Shown: positions 51,830 to 64,000 of the stretch, in pieces
Position numbering within the stretch: position 1 is the first letter of the stretch
How the letters are laid out: each line of letters starts with the position of its first letter
Assembly (NCBI GenBank): GCA_028534125.1
Contig: CM052816.1
Location: 26,042,001-26,106,000, forward strand
Reading direction: 5' to 3'
DNA: 64,000 bases
From: Lama glama
Lineage: Eukaryota
Translations under genes and position numbers: made by a program
Notes under the pieces: generated by a model
Seen by the model: the letters and a program-made list of their open reading frames with translations, nothing else
Databases searched by the model: none
What the model was told of the DNA's origin: nothing

Positions 51830-52330
51830 TAAATAACGTTCATAAGTAGGAATTATACTCTGTAGCCGCAGCAACATGCCAGGGAGCTTTTTCTATACCC
51901 ATGCATTCTAGATGATTATTCAGAATTGTTGAGTAGTTCTTTCTTGTATAGATGGACCATGTTTTATTTTGCCATTCCCATTGCTCAACATTTTGGTTGT
52001 TGCTACATTTTCACCATAAATATTTGCTGTAAAGCAAAGCCTCGTTTTTATGTTTTCATGAACATATACGCATGTATTTCTCCATAAAAGAAGAGTAGCA
52101 GAAATTTCTGCATTGAAATGATATAGTATATATTGCCAAAGTGCCTTCAAAAGTTGCACTTATTTCCATTTCAAACCTGTATTGTAAGAGAGTATGTATT
52201 TCCCTTTTGTCTTGTCAACACTTGCTGTTATTGATGTTTAAAATTTCTGCCGAGTAGATGAGAAATCTTGGTGTTCCGTTGTTTAAATCTGCATTTTTTC
52301 GTATGTATTGGTCATATTTTCCCCACTTCA
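51830..52330 (-). mobile_element. Old L1 (L1ME-like) 3' remnant
   Basis: CATTTTGGTTGTTGCTAC...GTCAACACTTG...TTGTTTAAATCTGCATTT, typical of ancient L1 antisense. Confidence 0.55.
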
Positions 52331-52806
52331 GTTTTACCTTTGTGTTTTGCTGTTGTGAGCAGCCATTCTAAATTTTATTGCAACCAGGATTTTCCCAGGC
52401 CATCCCATCTGGGGGTGCAGATGATGTCACTCGAACAGCAGTAACCCATGCCCAGCATGATGCCTCAAACGTAGTCAGTATTTAATAAATAATGATTGAA
52501 TAGATAATCCGAATTTCATTGACTTCTGACTCCACCTGCTTCTGAAGGACCTTTGACCTCTTAAAAATGAACTCTCCCCAAGACTGTCTGGGAGTCCTCA
52601 GGGTCCATTTCACACATGGTCACAGACATGCTTGTTTAGCTGAAAGTGCCAGAGCTCTGTTGGGCATCGTAACTTCTTGTAGTCACAGTACCGTTTTGTG
52701 CCACTGTCCAACTCCAGGCCCCATGGTGTCTCCCGCTCCTCTACCAAGTGCATGGTTCCTCACCAGGAACACTGCTGATCATGGGGACTGCCAAGTGGGA
52801 TGCCCT

Positions 52807-53398
52807 TGTTGTTGAACCTGAGTTCATGTGCCCGAGGCACAGTGAGGCCAAACAAATTGAAATGTCAGAGTTTGGAGAAAAGAAAGGTTTATTGCAAGGG
52901 CCAAGCAAGGAGAATGAGCGACTTGTGTTCAAAAGACCTGAAATCTCTGATGAAATTCAGGCAAAGGTTTTTAAAGATGGTGTTGGGGGAGAGGGTCATA
53001 GGATGTGTCATTAGCTTGTGGACCTTTTTCTGATAAGTTGGTGGTGAGGCAACAGGGTGATGTATGTGGAATCTCAGCTTCTGGTTCCGTCCAGTCTGGG
53101 GTCTGCGTGCTTGTGGTCAGCATATAGTCCCCATCCTCCACCCAGGTAGGGGCCTTAGTTTCTGCAGAACATCTCAAAGATAATGCATCAGATTTTTGTA
53201 TATTCCTTTGGGAGGAACTAGGAGTCCTGTGACTCTTATTTTCTTAATCATTAACTGCTTGAGCCTGCTCTAGAACTTTGGGAAGATTTAGGAGACTAAA
53301 GCCTTAAAAAAAATTATTTTTTAACTACAAACAGGAAATGGGGGACGTGATGGGCCTTTTGTACCTGGGAGGTCCCCACAGAGTCCTGCTCGATTTTA
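52807..53398 (-). mobile_element. ERV1 solo LTR (MER41-like artiodactyl/camelid type)
   Basis: Perfect TSD CCCT at 52803-52806 and 53399-53402; AAAGGTTTATTGCAAGGGCCAAGCAAGGAGAA; end CCCCACAGAGTCCTGCTCGATTTTA. Confidence 0.85.
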
Positions 53399-54200
53399 CC
53401 CTGTCTGTGGGGCTTGGACTGAGTGGTGGTCTGAGGCAATACATTAGGAGAGGAGGGGAATGGCTTATTCCTTTTCATGTTTCATTTTGTTAGGACTCTC
53501 AAAGCAGCAGCAGCATCCTACTTCTTTAAAAGTTTAGAAAAACTAATTTTTTCAGTGTTTACCTGCAATCTCTCTTTTTTGAAGGAAACACATTTCCAGG
53601 AGGCAAAGTTAAATGTCTAGTTTATTTTGCTCCTGGGATCAGGTTTTCACCCTAAAAGTAACCCCAATTCCATGCAAATAAACCTTCATTAGCTCTGTTT
53701 TACAAATTCATCAAACAATTCCAGACATGCTCGAATGCCTGTGATAGGCAGTGGTGTGCAATAAAATCCTACCATCTCCTCAGTTCCCTAAAATCTCATG
53801 TTTTGAATTATTAGAAAATATGTTTCTTAATAAAGTTAATTATTTAATTAGAGGCAAAGGATTAGGGCCCAACCCAATAATTTTGTAATGTTTGTATAAG
53901 GAATTTTTTTGGTAACTGTTTTAAAAGATTTCCCTATGAAACATTGATTCATTTATTTTGCAAACATGTATTTGATACCTACTATCTGGTGGTGCTGGTA
54001 TATAAACACATAGTGTTCCAGGGGATGATACAAAACTAAAAAATAATGTGTATAACCAACCAAGCATAGCATGTACTCACATACTCTGATGGTCTAGAGA
54101 GAATATGGAGGTGCCACAAAGGATACTGTTGTGAATTCTGTGATAGGAAATTCAGGGAACCCTCAGTGTTAAGGTGATGCTTCAGCTAAAAGAATTCTTT

Positions 54201-54367
54201 AAAAATTTATTTTGTTGTTTTTTATTTTATTACATTTTTGTTGTTTTTATTTTTAAGGGGAGGGAGGGAGGTAGATTTGTTTGTTTGCTTATTTAATGGT
54301 GATACTGGGGATTGAACCCAAGACCTCATGCTAAGCATGTACTCTACCACTGAGCTATACCCTCTCC
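54201..54367 (-). mobile_element. tRNA-derived camelid-type SINE (Vic-1-like)
   Basis: GATACTGGGGATTGAACCCAAGACCTCATGCTAAGCATGTACTCTACCACTGAGCTATACCC; flanks AGAATTCTT / AGAATCCTT. Confidence 0.88.
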
Positions 54368-57206
54368 ACAGAATCCTTCTTTTTCAGATATGGGTGGCCA
54401 AAGTTAAGTTGACTTTGCTCTTGTCAAACAAACAGATTTCAGCCATGTTGACTGATAGTAGCTCAGAAAAGATCTGACCTCCTAACTGACACTTGGCCTG
54501 GAACTAAAACCAACCACTTCCAATAAATGGGAGGGTATTTTCAAAGTTGATATAACACAAGCTTTCTGAGTATTATCCCCAAATGCTCTGCCATAACAGG
54601 AAGTATCCTGGTAATATGAAATAAGACAGGCTTCGGAAAGTCCCTCAGAAACTCGTACTCACAAGTTACTTTGAGAGAAATCTGATCATCATGGCATAGA
54701 GGCAGTCAGATCCATTTGCCTAGCATAGGAGTTGGTCTGTGTCTTTATATTTTCATATTCTATATCTTTAAATGTATATATTGTATGTCACTGTATTTAT
54801 AGTCTATCTTTATAAATGGGCATTGAAGGCAATAAGAAATCATTTAGATGAATTCAAGCCTTTCTGATATTTTCTGTTTCAGGTTCCTAATAAAATATAC
54901 ATCTTTTAAAGAAATATTTATAAATGGAGGGTAAAAAGAAGGAGAATACCAACATCTTTGTGATGGTTCTTTTTTATTTTCAAGATCAGAGGATAACATG
55001 GCTATGGTTTCCTGGGATTCTGAAGAAAACAGCTTACTACGTAGTATTCTCTAATATTAGATGTCCCCAAATGAGTCTAGAAATAAGGAAGTTAGAGGTA
55101 AGAGGGTGAAATAAGTGAGCATTAGTCTCTCGAGAAGTACATGTTTATAGACTGTGTTCATTTATTCAAACAACAAAGGTAATAAACATTGACTATGTAC
55201 TGGGCAGTGTGCAAGAGGTAAAGCATGAAAAAATAATGTGATGTTTTTCTTTTTAAAGAATTCATAATCTACTCCAATAGACATAGACTGAAATGTATAA
55301 TTATAATGCAATGGAATGAGCACTGTGTTTCTAGCCAGTCTTTTACTAAACTAGAACCAGAGATAAAATGTGTGCTATAGATGCTTAGAGGTGGAAATTA
55401 CTGACCTCACACTGAGGAGCCAGAGAGACTTCACAGAGAAGGTGATGTTTTATGGATAAAGAAGTATATGAGTTTTTTATTTTCCTTTCCTTTACTTTTT
55501 TTTTTTAAAGAAAAGGCAATTATAAAACCCCAGAAAGAATAAGGCAAAACAAATACAACAAAAATGTTATAGGAGAGTAATGGTCCAAATAAGTCAAACA
55601 TGAAATAATTCTTGTAATTCATGATTTTTTAAAGAAGAGGTCCTTCATTTGAGTTCTTAGGTCATGTGTTCCTCCTCCTTTGGCTGACACAAAGGTAGTG
55701 AATTTGGACCAGTGAAGAGAGAAATTTAATCTGGCATCTTGCTCAGCTCTACAGGGGACACCATTTTACATGTCATGTTAGTCCAGATGCTTTGGTCGAT
55801 TCTCAGTCTTCACTTAGCTAAATTCCCAACTTCAAGTTGAGAGAAAACACCCAAAGAAAAATCAATAGTTTCAGTATACCTCATAGGGTTAACTAAATAT
55901 ATAAAAACAGTAAGAATAAGGTGATTTTCTCAGTGAAGCAGGACCCTGGTGTGGAGCAGAACGGAGATGAGGACAAGTTTTTAAAATTTAAAATTATTTC
56001 TGTAAGTATTTGATTTAAAGAAAAGTCAGTGTTCGGTTTTTTAAAAAAGAACTCATTAAAACCCTAAGATAGTTTATTAAATTGGTTCAGTCAGAGAATC
56101 ATGATTATTCAAAGTGACCATCTCAGCTCGATGAAATCTGCAGACCCACTGAGTACGGAGTTTCCACTGCCTGTGTCTGAAAATACTGTGTGTTGTGCTG
56201 ATCTTCGTCACCCACAGTGGGACGTTTACCATGCCAGGTGGTTTTGTGTGTAGAGTGACATTATACTCCCTCAGTCCTCCATTCCCCCTTTTTCTACCAA
56301 ACTGAGATAGGTAAAAGGGAAGGAATTGAAGAAATATGGTTCAGTAGCCATTTGTCCAGAAAATAAATGGTTACAAGTGCTTTTGCCACTAAATTATTCT
56401 AATCCACTCTGTAATCCAATCACTATTTTCTAAATGACAAGGGACCCTAGTGCCAAAGGAACTGTAGTCAATTTTCTCCTTTGTCCCAATAGGTCAATTA
56501 CTTCCCCCACCCCCAAGTAAAGGAATAACTTTCTTTCCTTGGAACTTGTGAGGGCTCTGAAATGCACACCACTTACAGGATTGGTCAGACTATTATCGCT
56601 CCATTAAAACTGGCTGAGATCATAATTACCTAAGAAATACCATTATTCAACTCTGTGTTCCAGGATGTCAGTGACTCCAGGCACCTCAGCTCATTCAAGA
56701 GTCAAGGTTCATATATCTTGCCCTTTATTTTCCCTCTGGACTTCTGTGATGCAGTGTGCTGAAGAATCCACCGAGCATTGCTTTACTGTTAGTTAATGGG
56801 AGTGAAAACCCAATCATTTGGAACCAGTTCATCTATCTCCTGCAGAATCCATAAGAAACATAGTGTGAAACATGCTTATTTTTAAGAAGCATGAAAATTC
56901 CTCACACTTTGGTTCCTGAAATAACGCCATATACCCAGAGAAAATTAGAAAGGGCTAAGGATGGGCGATTTCTCACCATTTGGTTGGTTGGTATGTATAA
57001 AAGATCCAGGAATAAAACACAGATAGAAGGCATGTACCTTATAACATTAGTAAGGCTCAGAGTTGTAGCCACCATGGAATGGGGAATGAATAGGAGACTT
57101 GGATCATCTATCCCCAAAGAACTGAGTCTAAGATTGTTTTTTCTTCTTTCTCTCCTTGTTTCTACCTTAGGGCACTAGTGATTTGCCTTGTTTGAAAGGC
57201 GTTGAT

Positions 57207-57250
57207 TGTGTGTGTGTGTGCGCGTGTGCGTGTGCGCGCATGTGCGTGCA
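57207..57250. repeat. Alternating purine-pyrimidine (TG/CG) microsatellite
   Basis: TGTGTGTGTGTGTGCGCGTGTGCGTGTGCGCGCATGTGCGTGCA. Confidence 0.9.
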
Positions 57251-58325
57251 CTCTCAGGGGACTGGGTGTCTTGATTAGCTTTGAAGCATCCTTCTTGGGT
57301 AATCAATACTATTCTGGCAAAATCTGGCTCTAGCATCCAGTCCTTATTGTTAGGGCAGCTTTATCAGGCATTTCCCTCTGTCTCTGAGCATTCTAAGGAA
57401 CGTTATTGGTGACTTTTCATCCTTTGAGGGTGTGTTTGGATTTGGAAGACTGTCACAATATATTTAGAGCCAAACCTGTTGAGTAAGTGGGTAGGTGATG
57501 AATCTAGGAAATAGAATATTTAGAGAAGTGATGAGAAACACATGATCCGAAAACTTTTATTCCTCTTTTTTGCAATGTACGCTTTGGAATAAATAGAATA
57601 TATTACACCCCAAGGTGACTCTAAACAGGACTTAAATTTGTTCTCTGTAGAAACTAGAGAGAGGCTATCAGAAGCCTTCCTCTGAGAAAATGCAGAGTGG
57701 GTGGCAGTGTTATTTATATAGACGAATAACTTGGGAACTCTCACCAGACTCTCGTCAGATAAATTGAGGATATTATTCTGAGATACAGCCTTCTGGCTCC
57801 CTGTCTCCAGCTCCCAATTCTCTAGTAATCACCTGGCCTTCACAGCAAATGTCATTAACCTAGGGAAAGGAAAAAGGAAATTTGATCTACTTCAGCGTCT
57901 TCGAGAGAGGCTGTCAGTTGTGTAGACGAGAGCTATGGAAAAGGTCAAAGCAAGCAGGCAAATTGTGGACATGAACTCTTTCTCTCCCTTCCACCCCAAA
58001 AAGTAAGATTCACTTTTTCTCCAAGGACATTTATGTACTCAGTAATTATGTGTGAAACTTTCTCTTTAATGGAGTGAAAAGAGAATGCTGCAAAAGAATG
58101 TATTTGCAACAATCAAACATTTTTCTTTCAGAACTCTCAAGGAAAAAAAAACTACATCAACATTCCAACCAGCCCCTTTCCCCCCAGATCACACCCTTCA
58201 AATTAGTCTTGATTTTCCAAAACGCTTTCTTTGTTTCGGCAATACTTGATTTACGTATCAATAACAGTTGTGATTCATGGAAATATTAATCATGGGCTTG
58301 CCCTGCAATAGAGAACAATGTACTT

Positions 58326-58496
58326 AAAAAAAGAAAGAAAGAAAGAGAGAGAGAGAGAGGAGAGAGAGCGAGAAAGAAAAGAAAGAAAGAAAAAGAAAGA
58401 AAAAAAAGAAAAGAAAAGAAAGAAAGAAAAAGAAAGAAAGAAAGAAAAGAAAAGAAAAGAAAAGAAAAGAAAAGAAAAGAAAAGAAAAAGAAAGAA
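58326..58496. repeat. Compound polypurine microsatellite (GAAA/GA/GAAAA)n
   Basis: 171 bp with a single pyrimidine (C at 58369). Confidence 0.95.
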
Positions 58497-59525
58497 TTAC
58501 CAAGCTAGAAGACGGTAAATGCAGCGATGAGAGAAGTAGTCAGATTTGACTTGCAGCCCTGACGTTGAACTTAGTGCTATACAACCATCACTCTTGGAGC
58601 TGGTAACTATTTCAGATCTGCCTTTTATCTAGGAATAAAAAGAACAGTATCGTGGCTCTCTTTTCATAGATGTTTAGAGACATTCCTATTGGTGTATCAT
58701 ATCACTATGTGATAATTGCCATTTATAGAAATTTTCTTCTTTTCTGCTTTACTTCCTATAGTTCTTTTGCTTATTGGTCAATTTTAGACTTTTACTTACA
58801 TTTTAGAGGCATAGAGATTTTCGTTTTGGTTCAGTAAATCAATTTTACTTGAAATTAAGAAGCACATCAGATAAAACCAACAGAATAAAATGTGCAGTCA
58901 GTTAATGTACCCACGTGGGAGTGTTGCAGGTGAGGTCATGTGCTCTGATTTGTGTATGTATATATAGTAAGGGGGAATATATTTTCTCATTTTCCCTGGT
59001 GTAAAAGAACATCTGACTTTCACACTAGAGGACTTTGAAGAAAAATTTCGTCACCAGATATTCCATATAAAGTCATGAAATGTCTATTATTTATAAAACC
59101 TGTTTTTATCTAGATGATGTTGTCTTTTATAATAAAAGGGCCTAGAATAGATGTTGACAGGGAGCAGATGTTGACAAGCAGAAATTTTTTATAGAAATAA
59201 AAAAGATTAATGCCTGCATGAATTCAACACTTTCATGAACTTGTTCCTGTCATATTTATTTTTTTAGTGCTTTTATTTCAAACATTTTCATAAGGGTTCT
59301 TCAATCTAAACCAAGAAATACTGTAGGACTGTAGAACAGGTGATATCAGGAACTAAGACTTTTCTTTCTTTTCTATGAGGAGTACTTGTTCCAAGAGGAA
59401 TGCCTAGTGGTGTTGCTGAGACTAGAGGCAATAAGTTTACAGGCAGTTATGGTGTTGGTGGGGCTCAGGTTTTTTGCTTTGGGATGCTCTCTGACTGCTG
59501 TCATTCTCACCTGAATTACTTGCCT

Positions 59526-59633
59526 TTGCGGGTGTGAGGTGTATAGCTCAGTGGTAGAGTGTGTGCTCAGTGTGCACAAGGGTTCAATCCCCAGTGCCTC
59601 TCTTAAGGGGAAATAAATAAATGAATAGTTAGA
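59526..59633 (+). mobile_element. tRNA-derived camelid-type SINE (Vic-1-like)
   Basis: A box TATAGCTCAGTGGTAGAG, B box GGGTTCAATCCCC, AAATAAATAAAT tail; perfect 12-bp TSD AATTACTTGCCT at 59514-59525 and 59634-59645. Confidence 0.92.
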
Positions 59634-60459
59634 AATTACTTGCCTCCTGCACCAAACATTACCAAGGATCCAAAAGGTGACTTCAGATGAATTATTTAGT
59701 GATTTTTAAATTCAAAAAAATATTCCTGGCTTCAGATAAATCATGGACTGATCAGTTAAGTTTCATTGATACTTCAAATTTAGTCCTTCTCTGTATAAAA
59801 ATAAAAAGTCTGAAATTCTTTGTTGTTAGTCAAGGAATAATTTTTACCCCTATTTTCAGATGTTTCTCCATGAGTGTCAGTTCTCTTTTGGAAAATCCAC
59901 AGGTTTATTTTTGTTTCCAGGAAGCCATTTCCTTCTACACAGAGATGATGGACTTAGGTATCTCTCCTCTCAAAGGCAACAATTATAGGTGACATCAGAG
60001 CCAATTTGCCATTACTTCCAATCTTCCTGAATGTAAATATGTCACGCTGTTGCAGTCTGGCTCCGTTAACATCGCTGCAGTATATTAAAGTGTTTTTACA
60101 TCTCGATCCCTGTGCACTAAAAGGAAAATTGAAAGAGGCCCATGATGTTAGTCACATGAATGCTGGTAAAAGAGCGTGGGTGTTTCCAATTAACTTGTCG
60201 TCCTTTTGCTGCTTTATGGAGAACAGATGAGGAGCTCACGCCTCACCACAGTGCTGTTCAAAGAGTCCTGGGTATGAAGCCTAAAGTCTTGGGCTTGGGG
60301 AGACTTTCTTGCTGTGAGAGCTTGGGCCAGGTGTTTACACCCTATGTGTCTAGATTTTTTTTTTTACCTGCTCTTCTAATGTCAGAGTGCTGTGAGATTG
60401 AAATGGGGTACTAGATGAAATAGTGCTTTGTAAACTTTAGTCCATTGTATGCATGTTGG

Positions 60460-60905
60460 TGTGTATTAGTTACATGCTTTTGGTGACAGGCAATAGAAAT
60501 GAATCTTGGCTAACTAAAGCTAGAAGGAATTTATTGGAAGGCTGTCAGAGGCTCAAAAAATTGCTAGGATCCTTGAAGACTAGGCTGGAGATGTAGCAAG
60601 AAATAAGGCAGCTCCAGACGCAAAGAAGCAGGACACTCTCGAGGCTCTAGCAGAAACCGTCCATGGGAATGGAGTGGATTCTAGTCACTTCCAGACCCTT
60701 TCTTTGATCCTCTGCTCAGATTTAAATATTGGGGAAGGGGCATCCAGTTGGTTCGGTCTGCATCTTGTGCTTGTCCCTTGGGTGGGAAAGGGCATGACCT
60801 CTGATTATGACTCCAGTAGAGTTTGTCCAATAGGGAAGAAGTCATTTCTCAAAAGGAATCAGAGTGCTGATAGTAAATGAATTGGGCAGTCCAAGTATTG
60901 ACAAA
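60460..60905 (-). mobile_element. Old MaLR LTR (MLT1J/K/L-like)
   Basis: TGTATTAGTTA...GGCAATAGAAA...TTGGCTAACTAAAGC...AAGGAATTTATTGGAAGG; boundaries approximate. Confidence 0.55.
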
Positions 60906-61579
60906 TGTGAAATCTATTTTCCTTATTTCCCAGTTTTGGATATAAAACTTATGCATTCAAATTCAGTGATTCTGAGCTTCTATTCATGGCCCCTGAGAGG
61001 ATGTCAGTTCCTCCTCCACTGGTTTCACCTGACAACTCCCAAGTACGGTAGTAATTGCTCAGACCAGAGGGTCAGTCCTGACTACCAGGGTCTCAAGCAG
61101 AGAGAAGAAAGTGTGAAATCTGGCTCAGACTTCTGAAGAGTCCTCATCTGGGGCTCTTGCTGTTGCTGCCTGTTGTGATGTTGTTGACATCCAGATGGCC
61201 CGACTTCCCTGGACCTGGCCTCCTTGCCCACTGCTTGAATTTGGGGCTTGGCTGTGTACCCACTGTAAATCAGGGGCCCTGTCTACTGAAGAAATGTACT
61301 GTTCATCATCCAAAGCTGTGGTCAAGTTGCTGTCCTTCTTTGTGTGTGGAGGTTAAAGAGGGCAGCTCCCTGTCCTCTAAATCCCTCATGGCTTGGCCAT
61401 GATGCTGATGGCTGGTTCCAGAAGATTTCTTGTCTCAGTTGTATACTATGTCTGAGTTCCTTTCTCCTGATCTCTGGGCACTCATCCTGGGGGTAGAGGA
61501 AGTCCCTCCCTTTTCTGTCCCAAGGCCCAGCCTCATGTGCTGCACCAGTAAAAGTAAATTTTTTTTCATGGAAAATACA

Positions 61580-62364
61580 TTTTTGTTTTAGTTGGCAGAG
61601 CACATTTAAAAATTTTTTTATTTCAGAGTTATTTTTTTACTTGAAGTATATTCAGTTTACAATGTTTTGTCAACTTCTGGTGTGCAGCATAATGTTTCAG
61701 GCATATATATACATACATATATTCCTTTTCATATTCTTTTTCATTTTTGTTATAGGTTACTACAAGATACTGAGTGTAGTTTCCTGGCTATACAGTGTGA
61801 GCTTGTTGCTTATCTATTTTGTATATAGTATTTAGTATCTGCAAACCTTGAATTCCCAGTTTATCCCTTCCCACCTCCATTTCCCCTTGGTAACCATAAG
61901 TTTGTTTTCTATGTCTGAGAGTCTGTTTCTGCTTTGTAAGTAAGTTCATTTGTGTCATTTTTAAAGATTCCACACATTAAGTGATATCATATGGTACTTT
62001 TCTTTCTCTTTCTGGCTTTTACTTCACTTAGAATGATGATCTCCAGGTCCATCCATGTTGCTGCAAATGGCATTATTTCCTTCTTTTTTTATGACCGAGT
62101 AGTATTCCATTGTATAATTATACCATGTCTTCTTTTATCCAGTCATCTGTTGATGGACATTTCAATTGTTTCCATGTCCTGGCTATTGTAAATAGTGCTG
62201 CTGTGAACATTGGTGTACACGAGTCTTTTTGAATTAGTGTTCCTTTTGGATATATGCCTGGGAATGAGATTGCTGGATTACATGTAAGTCTGTTTTTACT
62301 TTTTTAAGGACTTTCCCTACTGTATTATATACAGTGCTTCAGTGAACATTAGGGTACATGTGTC
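61580..62364 (-). mobile_element. 5'-truncated L1 with probable short 3' transduction
   Basis: TSD TGGAAAATACA at 61569-61579 and 62365-62375; L1 3' UTR from ~61640 (TTGAAGTATATTCAGTTTACAATG). Confidence 0.85.
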
Positions 62365-64000
62365 TGGAAAATACAGTTTTTTAAAGGGTATTATTTTCTG
62401 CCTATGTGATCTTTCTTGAAGACTCAGAGGGAAATTCAAGAATGTTGTGCGTCAATTAGTATGTCTAAGTACTCCTTCAGAAGAAAGAAAAACTGTTTTG
62501 AATGCACATTGAATCAGAGAAAACTGGGGCTCTTAAAATAAGAACTGACATACAGCTTAGGAAGTATGACTGGTCAGTCCGTTGAGATGAGAGCTGTGTC
62601 TCTTGTTGCTTTCCTTCTCTTGTCCAGTGTGAGTTCCCCCCCATTATTCACAGGGTTTGCCCTCTGCTCATGTGAAGATAGAAAGCTTATCTTTCCATAG
62701 TCCTTACAGGTATGCAGGTTGATATAACCAAATAAAGAAAAAAAGTGATAGTGCCAGAGCTGGTAGTGGAAGGGCAGTAGTTGGGGAAAATCAGGTGAAT
62801 TGGATGTAAAAGACTGTGGTGGACACTAGAGAAAGCATGTGTGGAGGCTTGCCTCTAAAGCTGCTGAGGTGAGGCCAGGAGAAAATTCTAGTGAAGAAAT
62901 AAACCTATGCTCTTCTCCTCCTCCCATCCCAGGACAAGCTTCAGTGGTTTTTGTGGGGAGACAGGTTAGGACATAGGAGACTTCTTTTATTCTCATGTTT
63001 GTTGGTCTTCTGAGTTGATCAGTATCAAGTCACTTGCAAAGAAGATGGCAGCTCTGCATTCAGATGAGTGCTGCGAGACATTTAGGAAGAAGGGAAGCAG
63101 ATCAGAGCTGCTGTATCTTACTGTACGTTAGATTAAGCAGCCCGGTGTCAGGGCTTCTCATAAAGGTCAAGTAGTTACTAGTCTGGGTGCCATCTATCAG
63201 TGTCTGAGGTTATGTTCTTACTCAAGATTTCCTTTAATCAAAAAATTCAATGGATACAAATTTCAGTTTAGGACGATACCAGGCTTTCCCATAATGCATA
63301 ACCCTCCAGAAGTATTTCAGAGAATGTCACAAATGGTTTGTTTGGGAAACTTCCTCCCCAAATGTCAACTGGATCAGAGTTTGCTGTGAAATCAGAACAT
63401 GTGAGAGTAATCATATCTGCTAAGAAAATGATAGTTTGGAATCCCCACTTTCCAAAACATTTCACAATTTCCATTGTGTTTTCTTTCCCCGCTGAGAACA
63501 CTGTATCCTATGGTATCTCTGTCTAGTTACAAATGGCCTCCAGGCTATATTCTACAGCTCAGTCAGCATGCTGCCCAACAAAAGTTAAATTCATTTATAA
63601 TACATCTCAGGTATTTGGCAGGGACTTATCAATATGCTTTGGTTTATCAAACAGAAAGATTAACATCTAGTTTGTGTGTTTTTTTTTCTCTAACACAGAT
63701 GTATCTTTAAAAACATCTAGACATCTTGTTCAAATATTTTTGCGCAACATTGGATATTGTTCCAGAAAAGGTATGAAAGAGGCTCTGTGAAATATTTTGG
63801 TGTGGTCTAATGAGTCACACAAAGAGCAGCACACAGAAACACCTTGCAATTTTTCAACACATCAAAAACGTGTTCAGATCATTAAAGGAAAAAGAATTGG
63901 AAACATGCCATGCCTATTTTTTGTTTGTTAGCAAATTTTGGCAGTAGTCCCAATTGTTTACACGGGGGAGCATGAGTCAATCTTATTTAACATGATGTCA

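Noticed and set aside
58318..58518. 66-aa Lys/Arg/Glu-rich ORF
   Set aside because: Simply the translation of a polypurine microsatellite.
59526..59600. tRNA gene (A and B boxes)
   Set aside because: Has an A-rich tail and a perfect TSD and matches four other dispersed copies; it is a tRNA-derived SINE.

Overview
Mammalian, repeat-rich, apparently non-coding DNA. It is most likely camelid (camel/alpaca), judged from five short tRNA-derived SINEs resembling Vic-1 and artiodactyl-type L1 3' ends; family names are from recall, not a database search. I recognise no protein-coding gene. The listed ORFs are chance ORFs or decayed L1/L2 fragments. The window holds a near full-length, TSD-flanked minus-strand L1 (10970-18160), about 15 LTR/MaLR solo elements, several truncated L1 3' ends, MIR/L2 relics, MER5 and Tigger MITEs, microsatellites and a small orphan CpG-rich element with CTCF and E-box motifs (~51340-51560). 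The most unusual object sits inside the big L1: a 644-bp array of exactly 92 heptamers (A-Y-N-Y-A-G-A type) with a recurring 35-bp higher-order anchor. It ends in an (AAAT)n tail and is flanked by a 13-14 bp target-site duplication at an L1-endonuclease-like site. It therefore looks like a tandem repeat that was itself retrotransposed, a candidate non-autonomous retroposon. Young L1s, SINEs and ERV1 LTRs are mostly on the minus strand, and a few candidate + strand exons exist, suggesting the window may lie within a + strand transcription unit.
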